Part shown: positions 19,497 through 30,574 of the stretch, piece after piece
Numbering within the stretch: the first letter of the stretch is position 1
Layout of the letters: the number at the start of each line of letters is the position of its first letter
Origin: Thermoplasmatota archaeon
Lineage (GTDB): Archaea; Thermoplasmatota; Penumbrarchaeia; Penumbrarchaeales; Penumbrarchaeaceae
Length of the DNA stretch: 64,000 nucleotides
Assembly (NCBI GenBank): GCA_048569615.1
Contig: JBLIRK010000004.1
Span: forward strand, 4,159-68,158
Direction: 5' to 3'
The notes under the pieces: model-generated
What the model saw: only the letters and a program-made list of their open reading frames with translations
What the model was told of the DNA's origin: nothing
The model's database searches: none
Program-made: the position numbers and the translations under genes

Positions 19497-20519
19497 TTGG
19501 CCGTGATCTCAAAAGGGCTTTCATTGATCCCGGTCCTTGTACTGATACTGATCCAGGGCTCCCCATCGACAGTGATTGGAGAGAGGAGCACAGACCCGCC
19601 CAAGCAGTCCGTTGATATAATTGAAATCGAGATAGAGGAGGAAGAGGTTAGATTGGATATCGGTTTCAACGGGACAAATCTGGCAATACTCCACTGCACC
19701 GCAACCCTTCTGACCAATTTGGGATTATTGATCGACTACGCCGATGTTTACATAGAACCGGTGTATTCGGACCCCCTCAAGGTCGTGGTCGAAGATGACG
19801 ACTTCAGACTGACACCCGAGGATCCCGTCCATGAATTCATTGTCAACATCAGCACAATCCCGGGCACTTCCGCATCCTTGAAGCCAATAGTCACCATTGA
19901 TGGCACGGCAAGAACGAGCAGGGGAACCACCACAGGCGTCAATGATGATTCCGTAAATGTCGTGATACTCCCCTATTATGGTTCGATTCTCGAATTCGCA
20001 ACTCCCATGGGGAGCGTATCTGCCGGAGATAAGCGCACATTCCAGCTTGTCATCGAGAACAATGGCAATATCGGGGAGCACTTCATCCTGAAGGTGGATG
20101 ATCCCGGATCGCTCGTTTCTGATGGCATATCGGTAACCTTCAAGGAAGCCAGGGTCTATGTAGAAGAAGGCGGAACGAAGAACGTCGATGTGGAGGTTAG
20201 GGTTGATTCAAAGACGGACCGGGGAGCCTATGTCATCAGAGTGGTATGCTACCCGGAGAGCACCGGTCCCGGAAGCGACCAGGAATCGGCCGCGAGCCTG
20301 ACATTGAACGTGGATAAGGGCTTCATCGACGCATTCGAGGGTTTCTTCAAAAGCCCTGCCTATTTTTGGGGTACTCTCATCGTTTTGATCATCGTGCTGA
20401 TCCTTGCCGGCTATGGCATATACAGGCTCAAGCAGCACCTTGAATGGAAGAGGACCCTGCGACGAATAAGGGAGACCAACCTGGAGCAGAGAAGGGCTGA
20501 AGAAGGATCTGGTCCTTGA
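19497..20519 (+). CDS. Membrane-anchored Ig-like surface protein (choice-of-anchor T-like)
   Basis: Signal-like N-terminus, IENNGNIGEHF Ig-like motif, C-terminal TM with a basic tail. Confidence 0.65.
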   Translation: MAVISKGLSLIPVLVLILIQGSPSTVIGERSTDPPKQSVDIIEIEIEEEEVRLDIGFNGTNLAILHCTATLLTNLGLLIDYADVYIEPVYSDPLKVVVEDDDFRLTPEDPVHEFIVNISTIPGTSASLKPIVTIDGTARTSRGTTTGVNDDSVNVVILPYYGSILEFATPMGSVSAGDKRTFQLVIENNGNIGEHFILKVDDPGSLVSDGISVTFKEARVYVEEGGTKNVDVEVRVDSKTDRGAYVIRVVCYPESTGPGSDQESAASLTLNVDKGFIDAFEGFFKSPAYFWGTLIVLIIVLILAGYGIYRLKQHLEWKRTLRRIRETNLEQRRAEEGSGP

Positions 20520-23500
20520 TCATTCCTCTTCTTCGTCATCGTCCCAGTCGCCCTCTTCGGATTCTTCTTCATCCTCCGAATCTTCAAAGGTGGCGCCGCA
20601 GGAGGGACAGAGCTCATCGTCAAGGGTCACGAGCTCGCCGCATGATGAGCAGACCCTCATATTGTCCAGCTCCTCCATTTCCTCGATGCCCATGAGTTCG
20701 CTCTTAGGCGGCAGTTTTGCCGTCTTCGGGACCCTTTCGCCGGATTCGTAAATGGCCTCGGCCCCTTCATCGATGGGAGGAGGTGCCGTTGTGGGGAGTT
20801 TTATGGTTCCGTTGTATATCAGATAACCCGCAACCGCAATGGCGGCGATGATCAACACGAGAAGGATTATGATGATTATCTGGAAGGCGAAGTTCTCCTT
20901 CACCTCATCCTTCGTTGTGATGTACGGGTTGTACGGATCGGCATCCTTCTCGTTCGGCACTTTATCATCATCGATGTCCGGGTCCTGATCGTCCCCGATG
21001 CCGTCACCATCGAAATCTCCGGGTCTCGATGCAACAGTGGGGAAGGTGTCGAAGTACTGCGGGTATTCGGGATGTATATCGTAGACACCGTCGTTGTCAT
21101 CATCGATATCCATCCACTCCTTCGAGTTTGTCGCGTCTCCGTTGGGAAGTCCGTCACCGTCCGTATCCGTAGGTTTGGAGAGCGGATCCTTTGGGTCCGT
21201 CCCGAGTTCCAGCTCCCAGTCATCGTTGAATCCGTCATTGTCATCGTCTTTATCATCACCGGGGTCGTTGAAATCATCTCCGTCGGCATCATCCGGCTTT
21301 CCGTCCCCGTCCGTGTCGGTGGGGATCAGGATCGTGGTCAGGGTGAAGGTATTGCCCTCGTCCTTACCGTCAAAGGGCGTGATGCCCACCGAGATGCTGG
21401 CCGGATATATCCAGCCTCCCTGGGAATACTGGATCTGATTGAGGGTTCTGTCGATATTGATGGTTACTCCGCTTACGTTCCAATCGAAGAACAGGTTCAC
21501 ATGGTCCCCCTGGTCCGGGTCCCACATCTCTATGTCTGTCAGCCAGATGAGGTCGGTGTTCTCGTCCACTACCTCCGGCATGAGCTTTGCGCTGAGTATC
21601 TGCGGAGGTGAGTTCTTTATCTCAACGGTGGCCCTTCTGATGGGGCTTATTGCCAATCCGTCCGAAGCCCAGACGCTTACCCTAATCTGGTCTCCTTTCT
21701 TTGTGTACATGTGATCCAGGATGGGGGAGTTCGGGGCGCCCAGGGCAACCCAGGATGAGCCCGCCTTCTTCTCCCAGATGTAACTGTAGACCACGGCTCC
21801 CGTCTCCACGTCCTCTCCCCCGCTTGGTTCAGCGATTATATCGGTCAGTGTGTTGGGGCCGGTCGGGGAGAGAGAGACGGATTTCAGTGTCGGAGGTTGA
21901 TTGCCAACCATGATCGGAGGTGAATTTGCAGGCTCCCCGTAGTAACCCTTTATCTGGTCCCACGGATACAGGGTAAAATTCCATATCTGTCCGGCAAAGA
22001 CGTTGAGTATCTCTTCCTTGTTGTTCAGGTTCGGTTGAAGGGTTCCATTGAGATACCATCTGATGATATGCGTAGGAGGCTCCGGATCACCATCTATGTC
22101 GAACCAGTTCCATACTCCGATGATGGTGTCACCCGTCCTTGGAACCGTCAGGGAACCGGCCCCCTTCACCTCGATGCGCAGGTTCGTGGCGACAGGTTGG
22201 TCATTTTCCGGTATCACGATGACGACCACTTCCACCGTCAGGCTCTTTCCATGCGGATCGGTCGCGGTAACTTCCAGTATTCCTTCCCCGTTCCAGTCCT
22301 TCTTCAACTGGATCGAGAGCAATGATCCCTCCAGCTTTGGGACTATCTCGCTCGCCTGTGATCTCGCGGAGAAGGTGAGGTTTCCCTTGTCCGTTCCAAT
22401 ATCCGTGAACCATTTGGAGACGTCAACTGGTGAGTCGTCCAATCCGACGTCCTCGGTGGCTTCCAATATGCTGGGTATCTGGACGACGGTCGGGGCTTTG
22501 TAGCCGTAGTAGGTATTGGAGGTTCTTTTATCCAGCATGAAACTGTCCGATATCTCTCCGTAAATGTCCACCCCGTTCTTCTTACCTTCAACGTAGGTTA
22601 TTGTGAGATCGACGCTGACCCCTTTGTCCTGAACCTGATTCAGGTTGACCCGGTACACCTCATATTGGTTAGTAAAGGTTCCGCTTTGGTCCGGATAGGA
22701 GTTGTAAGAGGTCCCCGGACCCCTGTCCAGGGCAAGGTTGAATCTTACAAGCTCCCCTTTCTCGTTGATCAGCTTTACCGTCAGCGTGTACTTAATTATG
22801 ACATTCTGGCCGGTCTGGGTTACCCTGACCTTGGAAGGAACGATCTCGGTGTCAAGAAGGAAGGCGTCTGCCTTGTTTGTCCAGATCGGTGCAGGGCTGT
22901 TATCGGAGAAGCTGCATTCCGTGATGTTGATGTAGCGGTTCGAATCATCGAAAAGGTACAGTCCCCAGTTGTTCCCTATGAATTGTGAATCCTCGATGAG
23001 CATGTCATCGGAGAGCCCGTCCACTCTGATGCCTATGATGTTTGACGAGAACTTCGTATCCATTATGTTGCCCTGTCCCCCCGAGATCGTAATTGCGTTC
23101 CCATCAATGGAGTTGAATTCGCTGTTCAATATGTCAAAAGGTGTATTTTCGAGGTAGATCGGACCTTCCCCGTATTTTACAAGGGTTCCGTCCATATAGA
23201 AGCCGAGTCCGCTCTTCATCTCCAACCTGTACAACTGACCGAGGTAGCCACCGTAAACCTGTATCGAGGAGCTGCTCATACCCTTTACATAGAACCTGTG
23301 GGATGATTGGGCGGGTCGGATGTAGGCGGCATCAAGGGTTAACGTACCGCTTGATTCAACGACAAATCCGTTCCCGTTGCTCATCAGTGTGATGTTCTGG
23401 TTCAAAAGCGTGGCTTTCATTCCGAATGAGACGATGATATCGAGGTTGGACCTTGTCACTCCGGTGGCCGTTTCGCTCCCAAGAATGTCACGTGACGTTG

Positions 23501-26500
23501 TGGACGCTTTCCAAAGGATATGCATCTGCTTTGGGCTGATGATGTCCCCGCCACGGTTTCCTCCTATGAGGAAACCCCCGATCTCCATTTCAACGGTCTT
23601 GGTCACGGCCGTGGGATTCAAGCTTGCCGTGAGCCCTATCCCATCATTGTTCAAGATGCTGAATTGTGTCATCTTGCCGTAATATCCCGAGGCGTCCATC
23701 ACAGCATTGGATCCTATGTAGATGTAAAGACCATCTCCGAGGTTATCCTGGATCTTCACATCATGGAACTTGTTCAATTCGGTATTCCATAATTTCAATC
23801 CAGTATCTCCGTTCTTCTCTATATTTGTGAAATTGATGTAGATTGATCCTCCCTCTATGAAGACACCCTGACCGTAATTATACAGGAACTTGGACCTCTC
23901 CGTATCGGATCTCGTTATTGTGATATCAGAATTCTGAGAATATAGCCCCGTACCCGAAAGGCTCTGCTGAACCTCCAGGGCTGCCAGGTTTGCGGCGGAA
24001 CCATCGCTGATCCGCACACCATACTCACAGCTGTACACGGAAACCTTAACCATTCTAAGGTCTCCGTTCTCTCCCATTTGGAATCCCCATCCCAGGCTTT
24101 CGGAGATGTTCACACCTTTCATGTAGATCCTGGAATCATCTCCGATGATTATTCCTCCCTGGGATGTGGTCTTTATTGCGACATCGAAGCCTCCGCCGCT
24201 GACTATGTTGATATTGCCTCCGTCCCCGGCGTAAATGCCGTATTCGGTGCAATTTCGTATCTGCCGGGCGCTTATATTGACATCAACATCATCCCCGATA
24301 TTGATCCCATCCAGTCCCGCGTTGGTGATCCGCGATAGAGCGTCTATGGTAATTCTTCCCCCGGATGACCATCCGGGCAAATATATCCCGTGGGATGGGG
24401 TTTGTGTGATGTTCCCCCTCAACCGGGCATTTGAACGGGAGCTCCCCTCGAGGTTGAGGTAGATGGCTCCCACCGGATCATTTCTGGAGAAGGTCTGACC
24501 GTCATCAGAGTCGATATCATAATCAAGGAGGTTCAATTGTAAATCGTATTGGATGTTCCCTCCGGTGAGGTGGAATGCTGACCTGTTCCAGGATGATGTG
24601 ATCGTTACCCCCGTAATGTCCATTGAAGCTTTGGATGGATAATCCAACGGAACTTCGATCTTCATGCCGTATGATTCCGGCTCCATGTAAACATACTTGG
24701 CACTGACCATCGCCGTTTCTGCTTGGACTCCGGTCATGGTATCATTGATTATCAACCTCTCCATATTCAACCATCCGCCCTGGACCAGAATTGCACTCTC
24801 GAAATTTCCGGAACCGAGGGTGGTGATGTTCGTGTTCTTGAGGTATGAGATCGCCCAATCATTCCCCGCCTTGAATCTCTGGTGGTATGCGGTATCAGTG
24901 TTCAGGCTTCCCACCATCTGGGTGGATTCCAGGCTCATGCTGGAATTGATGGACCTGACCATGGTCTGGGCCTGGAAGGATTTGCCCGGCACTCCCATGC
25001 GAAGCTGGCTCGCAAGCACTCTTCCCGAGGATTCCACATGCAGGAAGGCATCCGCGGCATCCTCCATCGACACGTTCCTTAAAAGGATCATGTTTCCGGA
25101 GACCCTGTCCGGAGTCCACCCCGACATGTCTCCGCCGAAGTTTCCGCTTCCGAGACCGTACTCGATCCCGCCACTGGAACCGGCTTTTGGCTCTCCGATG
25201 TAGATGCAGCCGAGCGACCCGTCCGGATTGGACCAGTTGAATCTGAGCTGGACATCACCTTCCAGAAGCATGCTCAGGTCCATTTCCGCATCGGTCCCGC
25301 TTATCCACTCGTCATAGATCACATTGGAGACCGGGAATCCCGGGAAACTGGTCCAGGTACCGCTGTTGTTGTATTCGATCTTAAAAGAGGCCTGGTTTGA
25401 CCTCGAATCAATAAAATGCGGTATCTTGACATAGGGAGCGGTGATGTTCGTGGTGTTCCAGAACAAAGTGGTCTCGATGGTTCCGATGTCATGATAGTAT
25501 ACATTGCCCGTCACATCGTAGGGCTGCCAGACCGATCCGTTCCTGATTATGATGGGATTTGCCGATGTTCCATTGATCTGGGTGTCCGTGACCTTGATCT
25601 GCTCCTTTTCCCAGGTGTGGTTTGTATCGATATAGAGCGACCCGGTAGGCTCCATATCGATCTTGGACTTCTGGAGGGTAACACCCCCGGACCTGATCGT
25701 GATCCTATTGCTCAGGTCCCAAACGGTCACATTGGTCAGGGTTCCAGTATTGAGTTCAAAGAGATCGCTGTTGATGGGGATGACCTGGGGAACGAATACC
25801 TGGCAGTTGGTCATTGTGAAGGTGCTCCCCTGATTTGTTTCTACATGAAAGAGATCACCCTTTGACATGAAGCTGCTGTTAAGGAGGGAAACGGTCCCCC
25901 CTTTTTGTGCCGTCAGCTTGCTTCCGCTGTTGAGGAAAATCACATCGCATTTAAAGATCGAGAGAGATCCGCCGGTTCCGATCTTGAGGTCGGATACGAA
26001 AAGCATCTTTGATGCGTAGGATTCGGATGTGGTGATGGTCGTTCCCGAGGTCAGGAATGTCGTGATGCTGTATCTCTTGGAGAAATTGGTCTCGTAACCC
26101 AGCCTGTCCACCGCCACTACATTAAGGGAATGGGGGCCCTCGGTCTGAGGGAGTGCAAATGCATTGCCGTCCCATGTTATGTTCGTTCCCATGTCCCATC
26201 TGTAAGTGACCTTATTGTTGTCCACAAGCCAGGACTGATCGACAAGCTTATCCGTATCAGTTATGGTAAGATTAAGCTTCCCGGTTCGGGAGGCATAGTT
26301 GTTACCCTTGTAAACGGTGAACCATTCGTTCGGCTCCACCGGTGTTATCGAAGGACCTATGGTATCCACGTTGAAGTGAAGAAGAGGCTCGTTTGCGGTG
26401 TGATGCTTCCTGAATGAGATATTGTAGCCGTCTGCGATCCTCAAGGTTATATTTTCGCCGTCAACCGAGCTGTCCGAAGAAAGGTCCTTGTCCAGGGAGA

Positions 26501-26870
26501 GGTTTCCGGTGAAGTTATTTCCGGTACCGTTGAAGTGCAGACTCCAGAAAACGATGTACTCCTCGATGCCCTGTGAGTTGTTTACAATGATGTCGATCAC
26601 AAGGAAATCCGTGGTGAGGTTCGGTCCAGTTTCGTTCAATGCCGCAACGAAGAGAACGTCGCCGTGGGTAAGGGTTTGGCCGTTTGTTACGGTTCCAGTG
26701 GCAGAGCCCTGGACCATCTCTGCCGAGAGATCCGTAACATTGTAGAACTCTGCAGCATCCGCTTCCATATTGGTTTGGGATATGAGGAGGGAGATCAGGA
26801 CCAGTACAAGGAGTGCCCCAGCAGCAGGTATGATCCCTTTTCCATTGAGAATCCCCATCTTCTTTTTCAT
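20520..26870 (-). CDS. Giant (about 2100 aa) surface protein: right-handed beta-helix, Ig-like domains, TSP3-like Ca-binding repeats, TM and cytoplasmic Zn ribbon
   Basis: Signal peptide, NxxxGI parallel beta-helix repeats, DTDGDG/DDDNDG repeats, TM, CSSC...CPSC and an acidic end. Confidence 0.87.
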   Translation of the reverse strand: MKKKMGILNGKGIIPAAGALLVLVLISLLISQTNMEADAAEFYNVTDLSAEMVQGSATGTVTNGQTLTHGDVLFVAALNETGPNLTTDFLVIDIIVNNSQGIEEYIVFWSLHFNGTGNNFTGNLSLDKDLSSDSSVDGENITLRIADGYNISFRKHHTANEPLLHFNVDTIGPSITPVEPNEWFTVYKGNNYASRTGKLNLTITDTDKLVDQSWLVDNNKVTYRWDMGTNITWDGNAFALPQTEGPHSLNVVAVDRLGYETNFSKRYSITTFLTSGTTITTSESYASKMLFVSDLKIGTGGSLSIFKCDVIFLNSGSKLTAQKGGTVSLLNSSFMSKGDLFHVETNQGSTFTMTNCQVFVPQVIPINSDLFELNTGTLTNVTVWDLSNRITIRSGGVTLQKSKIDMEPTGSLYIDTNHTWEKEQIKVTDTQINGTSANPIIIRNGSVWQPYDVTGNVYYHDIGTIETTLFWNTTNITAPYVKIPHFIDSRSNQASFKIEYNNSGTWTSFPGFPVSNVIYDEWISGTDAEMDLSMLLEGDVQLRFNWSNPDGSLGCIYIGEPKAGSSGGIEYGLGSGNFGGDMSGWTPDRVSGNMILLRNVSMEDAADAFLHVESSGRVLASQLRMGVPGKSFQAQTMVRSINSSMSLESTQMVGSLNTDTAYHQRFKAGNDWAISYLKNTNITTLGSGNFESAILVQGGWLNMERLIINDTMTGVQAETAMVSAKYVYMEPESYGMKIEVPLDYPSKASMDITGVTITSSWNRSAFHLTGGNIQYDLQLNLLDYDIDSDDGQTFSRNDPVGAIYLNLEGSSRSNARLRGNITQTPSHGIYLPGWSSGGRITIDALSRITNAGLDGINIGDDVDVNISARQIRNCTEYGIYAGDGGNINIVSGGGFDVAIKTTSQGGIIIGDDSRIYMKGVNISESLGWGFQMGENGDLRMVKVSVYSCEYGVRISDGSAANLAALEVQQSLSGTGLYSQNSDITITRSDTERSKFLYNYGQGVFIEGGSIYINFTNIEKNGDTGLKLWNTELNKFHDVKIQDNLGDGLYIYIGSNAVMDASGYYGKMTQFSILNNDGIGLTASLNPTAVTKTVEMEIGGFLIGGNRGGDIISPKQMHILWKASTTSRDILGSETATGVTRSNLDIIVSFGMKATLLNQNITLMSNGNGFVVESSGTLTLDAAYIRPAQSSHRFYVKGMSSSSIQVYGGYLGQLYRLEMKSGLGFYMDGTLVKYGEGPIYLENTPFDILNSEFNSIDGNAITISGGQGNIMDTKFSSNIIGIRVDGLSDDMLIEDSQFIGNNWGLYLFDDSNRYINITECSFSDNSPAPIWTNKADAFLLDTEIVPSKVRVTQTGQNVIIKYTLTVKLINEKGELVRFNLALDRGPGTSYNSYPDQSGTFTNQYEVYRVNLNQVQDKGVSVDLTITYVEGKKNGVDIYGEISDSFMLDKRTSNTYYGYKAPTVVQIPSILEATEDVGLDDSPVDVSKWFTDIGTDKGNLTFSARSQASEIVPKLEGSLLSIQLKKDWNGEGILEVTATDPHGKSLTVEVVVIVIPENDQPVATNLRIEVKGAGSLTVPRTGDTIIGVWNWFDIDGDPEPPTHIIRWYLNGTLQPNLNNKEEILNVFAGQIWNFTLYPWDQIKGYYGEPANSPPIMVGNQPPTLKSVSLSPTGPNTLTDIIAEPSGGEDVETGAVVYSYIWEKKAGSSWVALGAPNSPILDHMYTKKGDQIRVSVWASDGLAISPIRRATVEIKNSPPQILSAKLMPEVVDENTDLIWLTDIEMWDPDQGDHVNLFFDWNVSGVTINIDRTLNQIQYSQGGWIYPASISVGITPFDGKDEGNTFTLTTILIPTDTDGDGKPDDADGDDFNDPGDDKDDDNDGFNDDWELELGTDPKDPLSKPTDTDGDGLPNGDATNSKEWMDIDDDNDGVYDIHPEYPQYFDTFPTVASRPGDFDGDGIGDDQDPDIDDDKVPNEKDADPYNPYITTKDEVKENFAFQIIIIILLVLIIAAIAVAGYLIYNGTIKLPTTAPPPIDEGAEAIYESGERVPKTAKLPPKSELMGIEEMEELDNMRVCSSCGELVTLDDELCPSCGATFEDSEDEEESEEGDWDDDEEEE

Positions 26871-27017
26871 GCTAATCCTCCAGTTCAAAGTCCGAATACA
26901 TCGCATTTTCTATAGTTGCGGTCCGAGTGTTGGCTCCAATTACTTTGTACCTATTTTAATTATGGGGTCTAGGTATGTTAATATAAAAAAAGGGGGAAAA
27001 ATTGCACTATCCAGTTA

Positions 27018-30000
27018 TCATCCCTTGATCCTCTTCTGCTCCTTCAACCTGTTGTACCTCGGCAGGTATAATCTGTAGGCAGATGTCAGTATGAATATCG
27101 CGGAATAAGCTGAGAAGACCAGAAGTATCATCACGAGCAGGATGAACTCCCTTATCGAAGGTATGTTCACGAGGAATACTGCTGTCAACCCCATCACCAT
27201 CGTTACCGTCGCTTCTATGAAGGACCAGCCCGAAGTATCGGCGGCATACATCACACCGTCCATGGTGAAATTCTTCTCTCTTACCCTCTCAGTTATGTGG
27301 ATTGAGAAATCCACTCCTATTCCGATTATTATCGATCCGATCAAAGCGGTAAAAAGGTTGAGGTCGCCGGAGAACATGTTCTCTCCCGGTGCAAGGCCTC
27401 CGAGAAAACCAATCCCCCATATTGCGAAGTACTGCCAGCAGACCACAAGAGTGACAGGCAGTACCGTGATGAGGGATATCCTCCAGGAGCGGAACACAAG
27501 GAAAAGCAGCAGGAAGACCATTATCAATGCTATGATGGTTGATTGGTTGGCATTCTGGACCAAAACATCGTTCACGGTTACGAGCACCTTGCCGAAACCC
27601 GACAGCGGAGACGCAGATGGTTTGCCTCCGCTCTCGTCCGCCCTGACATTCATGTCCTTTCCGATGGCCTCATCGACTGCCACCACGACCTTCTCGGTTT
27701 CGATAATGTCCATGTTGGGCATGCTGATGTAGATGATCGTCTTTGCATAGGTGTCATTGATGAGCATGCCCCTTATCTCGAGACCCAGTGAATTGTAGAA
27801 GACGTTCATTATGAACTCTTCGAGCGACTCCCCCAGGTAGAAATTGATAGCGGGGTTATCCGGAACATTTTCCAGTGCTTCCCAGAAACTGGCATTAACC
27901 ACATTCTCCTTCACCCAATTGTCAAAGGTTGTCACCGGGTCCTCGATCACACCGAACTGTCCTAGCGGGATCCTGCCGAGCTGCTCCAGTATGTACTGGT
28001 AGGCCTCCGAATCGGTGAAATCGGGTATCTCGAGCATCTTCATGATGTCCACTATGGAGATCCCGGTCGCCCTGTCTATGCCCGTGTCGTTCTCGTTCCT
28101 TCCGTTCAGCTCCAGCATGAAGCTGTTGATCAGCTTCAGCAGATCGTAGTCCTTTAAGCTCCAGTCGGTTTCATCATCTCTTCCGTCGTTGTCATCATCC
28201 CTTGCTTCCATGCCGCGGATAATCAGCATGCCGATCTGTCCCGAACCAAAGGTATCGGACTGTTCGGACATCTTCTGCACGACCGGTTCGTCCGCCGGAG
28301 ACAGCGAGATGTAATCCATGTTGGCCTGGACGAGGGATAGACCGCCGACCTTGAAGTTCGTGCCGGGTATCGAGGACGGGGGGGACATGGCCAGCGATAT
28401 CACCGCAAGGACGACACCGCCGAATATTATCTTCCGGCTGTGGTTCATCGGGATATTCCCGATTCTCCTGGTGCCTGAGCTCTTGACCCTTGGCTTCTTG
28501 GAGCTCCCGGAGATCTTCCTGTAGTTCAACCAGATGACCAATGAAGGGGTCATCAGCATTGTCGTGGCATAGCATGCAAGTATTCCAGTGGAAAGACCGA
28601 AGCCGAGGACCTGCATCGTTGCCATGTCCACCGTTAGCATGGCCCCGAATCCGAAGGCGGTTGTCATTGCGGAGAGGAAGATAGCTTTTCCAGTGGTTCT
28701 GAGGGCGTATCTTATCCTCTTCTCCTTGTCGGGTATGTTCTCGGATTCCTCCGCGTACCTGTTTGCAATGTACAGGCCGTAAGCTACGCCGAGCGCGATC
28801 AGAATGGGTGCCACCAGCACGACCTGGGGGGTTAAGAGCGGAAGGACAAGCCCCATCAGACCATAGGCTATGATAAGAGAAAATGTGACCGGGACCAGTG
28901 TAATGAGCAGGATCTTCCAGGTCCTGTGGAATATGAGCAGCGAAGCGGCGACCATCGCAAGAGCCCACGGGAGGACCTTCTGCATCTCCTTCATGGTCCT
29001 GTCGGAGATCATCCTTGCCAGGGGGGTAGGTCCCGTCAGCGTCATTCTGCAGTTGACCTCTCCATCCTCGTATCTTTCCATCCAGTCCTCGGTGGTGTCC
29101 CTCGATCCAGGCCTCACACCCGGGTCCACGAAGTAGGGATCGATGATCTCGTAAATATCATCTATCAGCTTGTTCTGGTCCACGGCCTTTGATAGTCCCA
29201 TGAGAATGAGTGCTGAATCATAGATCCCATCGTTGTTTATGTCCGCAACAAGGGTTGAAATTGATTCCGGGCCCGCCTGGACAAAGAACTCATCGATGAT
29301 CCTTTGATCATCCGGTATGGAGTAATTTCCCTTGTACTGATCAGGCAGCCTGAAATCGATGTTGTCATTGGGCAGTTCCTCGAAAAAAGCCTCTTCCACG
29401 GCAGCCGAGGTATGGTTCAGGGTCTTTATCAGAGTGGATATCGAGAACACAAATATGATGCCGTCCTCCGAGCCTTTGTCGGTCTTGTTCGGGTTCATCG
29501 TCTCTTCCATTTTGGATATCTCGATCAGGACATCATAATCCGTTATGTTGGTCTCATCCGTTGGATCGAACTTGTTCTGCGTCTCAACGAAGATGGTTGC
29601 GAGGTCCGTGGACCAATCCTTCTTCATTTCGAACAGTACTTTTTCGGCATCGGAGCCCCCCGGCAGATAAACCTCGAAATCACCCCTTATCTTAGACTGC
29701 ATGGTAAGTTGTCCTTCGCTGAAGAAGGATGAGCCGATGACACCGAAGTATCCGAGGAGGAGCGATCCGATGACCGCGACCACGAATACGGTCTTTCTCC
29801 ATTTGAGGATACCCTCCATTATGGCGTCCAGGGGTTTGGACTTGAACATCCTCTCAGTATATTCTCCCGCACCCTCATCGAAGTCCCTCAGCCTTTTTCC
29901 GGTATCAACGATGAAGGTCTTTGCCTTTTTTCTATATTCCGGAGTGCGGTCGCCTATCTGTGTTACAACTCTATCCAGTGTATCCTCGACATCCGACGGT

Positions 30001-30101
30001 CCTTCCCGCCTGTATATTCTGTCGTAATCCTTCTTGAACGGCCCCCTCCCTCCTCTTCGGCCGTCATCCGAAGGACCATCGTCTTTTTCTGTCAAGGTCA
30101 C
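27018..30101 (-). CDS. RND/MMPL-family transporter
   Basis: Two repeats of TM + large loop + 5 TM; ALGVAYGLYIANRY, TGKAIFLSAMTTAFGF, GIGVDFSIHITER. Confidence 0.88.
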   Translation of the reverse strand: MTLTEKDDGPSDDGRRGGRGPFKKDYDRIYRREGPSDVEDTLDRVVTQIGDRTPEYRKKAKTFIVDTGKRLRDFDEGAGEYTERMFKSKPLDAIMEGILKWRKTVFVVAVIGSLLLGYFGVIGSSFFSEGQLTMQSKIRGDFEVYLPGGSDAEKVLFEMKKDWSTDLATIFVETQNKFDPTDETNITDYDVLIEISKMEETMNPNKTDKGSEDGIIFVFSISTLIKTLNHTSAAVEEAFFEELPNDNIDFRLPDQYKGNYSIPDDQRIIDEFFVQAGPESISTLVADINNDGIYDSALILMGLSKAVDQNKLIDDIYEIIDPYFVDPGVRPGSRDTTEDWMERYEDGEVNCRMTLTGPTPLARMISDRTMKEMQKVLPWALAMVAASLLIFHRTWKILLITLVPVTFSLIIAYGLMGLVLPLLTPQVVLVAPILIALGVAYGLYIANRYAEESENIPDKEKRIRYALRTTGKAIFLSAMTTAFGFGAMLTVDMATMQVLGFGLSTGILACYATTMLMTPSLVIWLNYRKISGSSKKPRVKSSGTRRIGNIPMNHSRKIIFGGVVLAVISLAMSPPSSIPGTNFKVGGLSLVQANMDYISLSPADEPVVQKMSEQSDTFGSGQIGMLIIRGMEARDDDNDGRDDETDWSLKDYDLLKLINSFMLELNGRNENDTGIDRATGISIVDIMKMLEIPDFTDSEAYQYILEQLGRIPLGQFGVIEDPVTTFDNWVKENVVNASFWEALENVPDNPAINFYLGESLEEFIMNVFYNSLGLEIRGMLINDTYAKTIIYISMPNMDIIETEKVVVAVDEAIGKDMNVRADESGGKPSASPLSGFGKVLVTVNDVLVQNANQSTIIALIMVFLLLFLVFRSWRISLITVLPVTLVVCWQYFAIWGIGFLGGLAPGENMFSGDLNLFTALIGSIIIGIGVDFSIHITERVREKNFTMDGVMYAADTSGWSFIEATVTMVMGLTAVFLVNIPSIREFILLVMILLVFSAYSAIFILTSAYRLYLPRYNRLKEQKRIKG

Positions 30102-30192
30102 AACACCCAGTTTGCTCTATCGAACTGATATGAACTGGATTAAGTTACAGTTATTATAGGATTTGGTCCCACTATACAAACGAAATGGGGGA

Positions 30193-30462
30193 TCATTCGG
30201 CTATCTTCCTTGCCCTTGAGGCATAGAAATAGGCCACTATTATGGTCAGGATCAAGCCTACGAAGGATCCGTAAAGCACCGAATATTGGTTCCCCTGGTC
30301 AAAGAGCTTGATGGCAACCTCGAAAATGTAGAAGGCGGCGATCGAAAGCGGAATGATCACTAGGCCCCAAAGCATAATACTCAATATGAGCCAGGTGGCC
30401 GGGTTCAGGATCTTCCTTGAGCCTTCATTGCCGGGAACCTTTTCCGTGTCGTCCATCCGCAT
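30193..30462 (-). CDS. Small two-TM membrane protein
   Basis: Two hydrophobic helices; co-oriented immediately upstream of the RND gene. Confidence 0.65.
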   Translation of the reverse strand: MRMDDTEKVPGNEGSRKILNPATWLILSIMLWGLVIIPLSIAAFYIFEVAIKLFDQGNQYSVLYGSFVGLILTIIVAYFYASRARKIAE

Positions 30463-30574
30463 CACTTTCCCCTTGGGGGATTTGGTGAACTCCAGCACTC
30501 TTATTTAAAATTTCCCGGAGAGCCCGCGCTCTACATATTTGGAAGACCCCAAAAAGAAATAAATATCATTTCAG

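Noticed and set aside
28195-28968. Long alternative-frame ORFs inside real genes (also 53271-54083, 42723-43538, 61908-62816)
   Set aside because: These are expected from codon bias in GC-rich genes, have no motifs and are fully nested in well-supported CDS.
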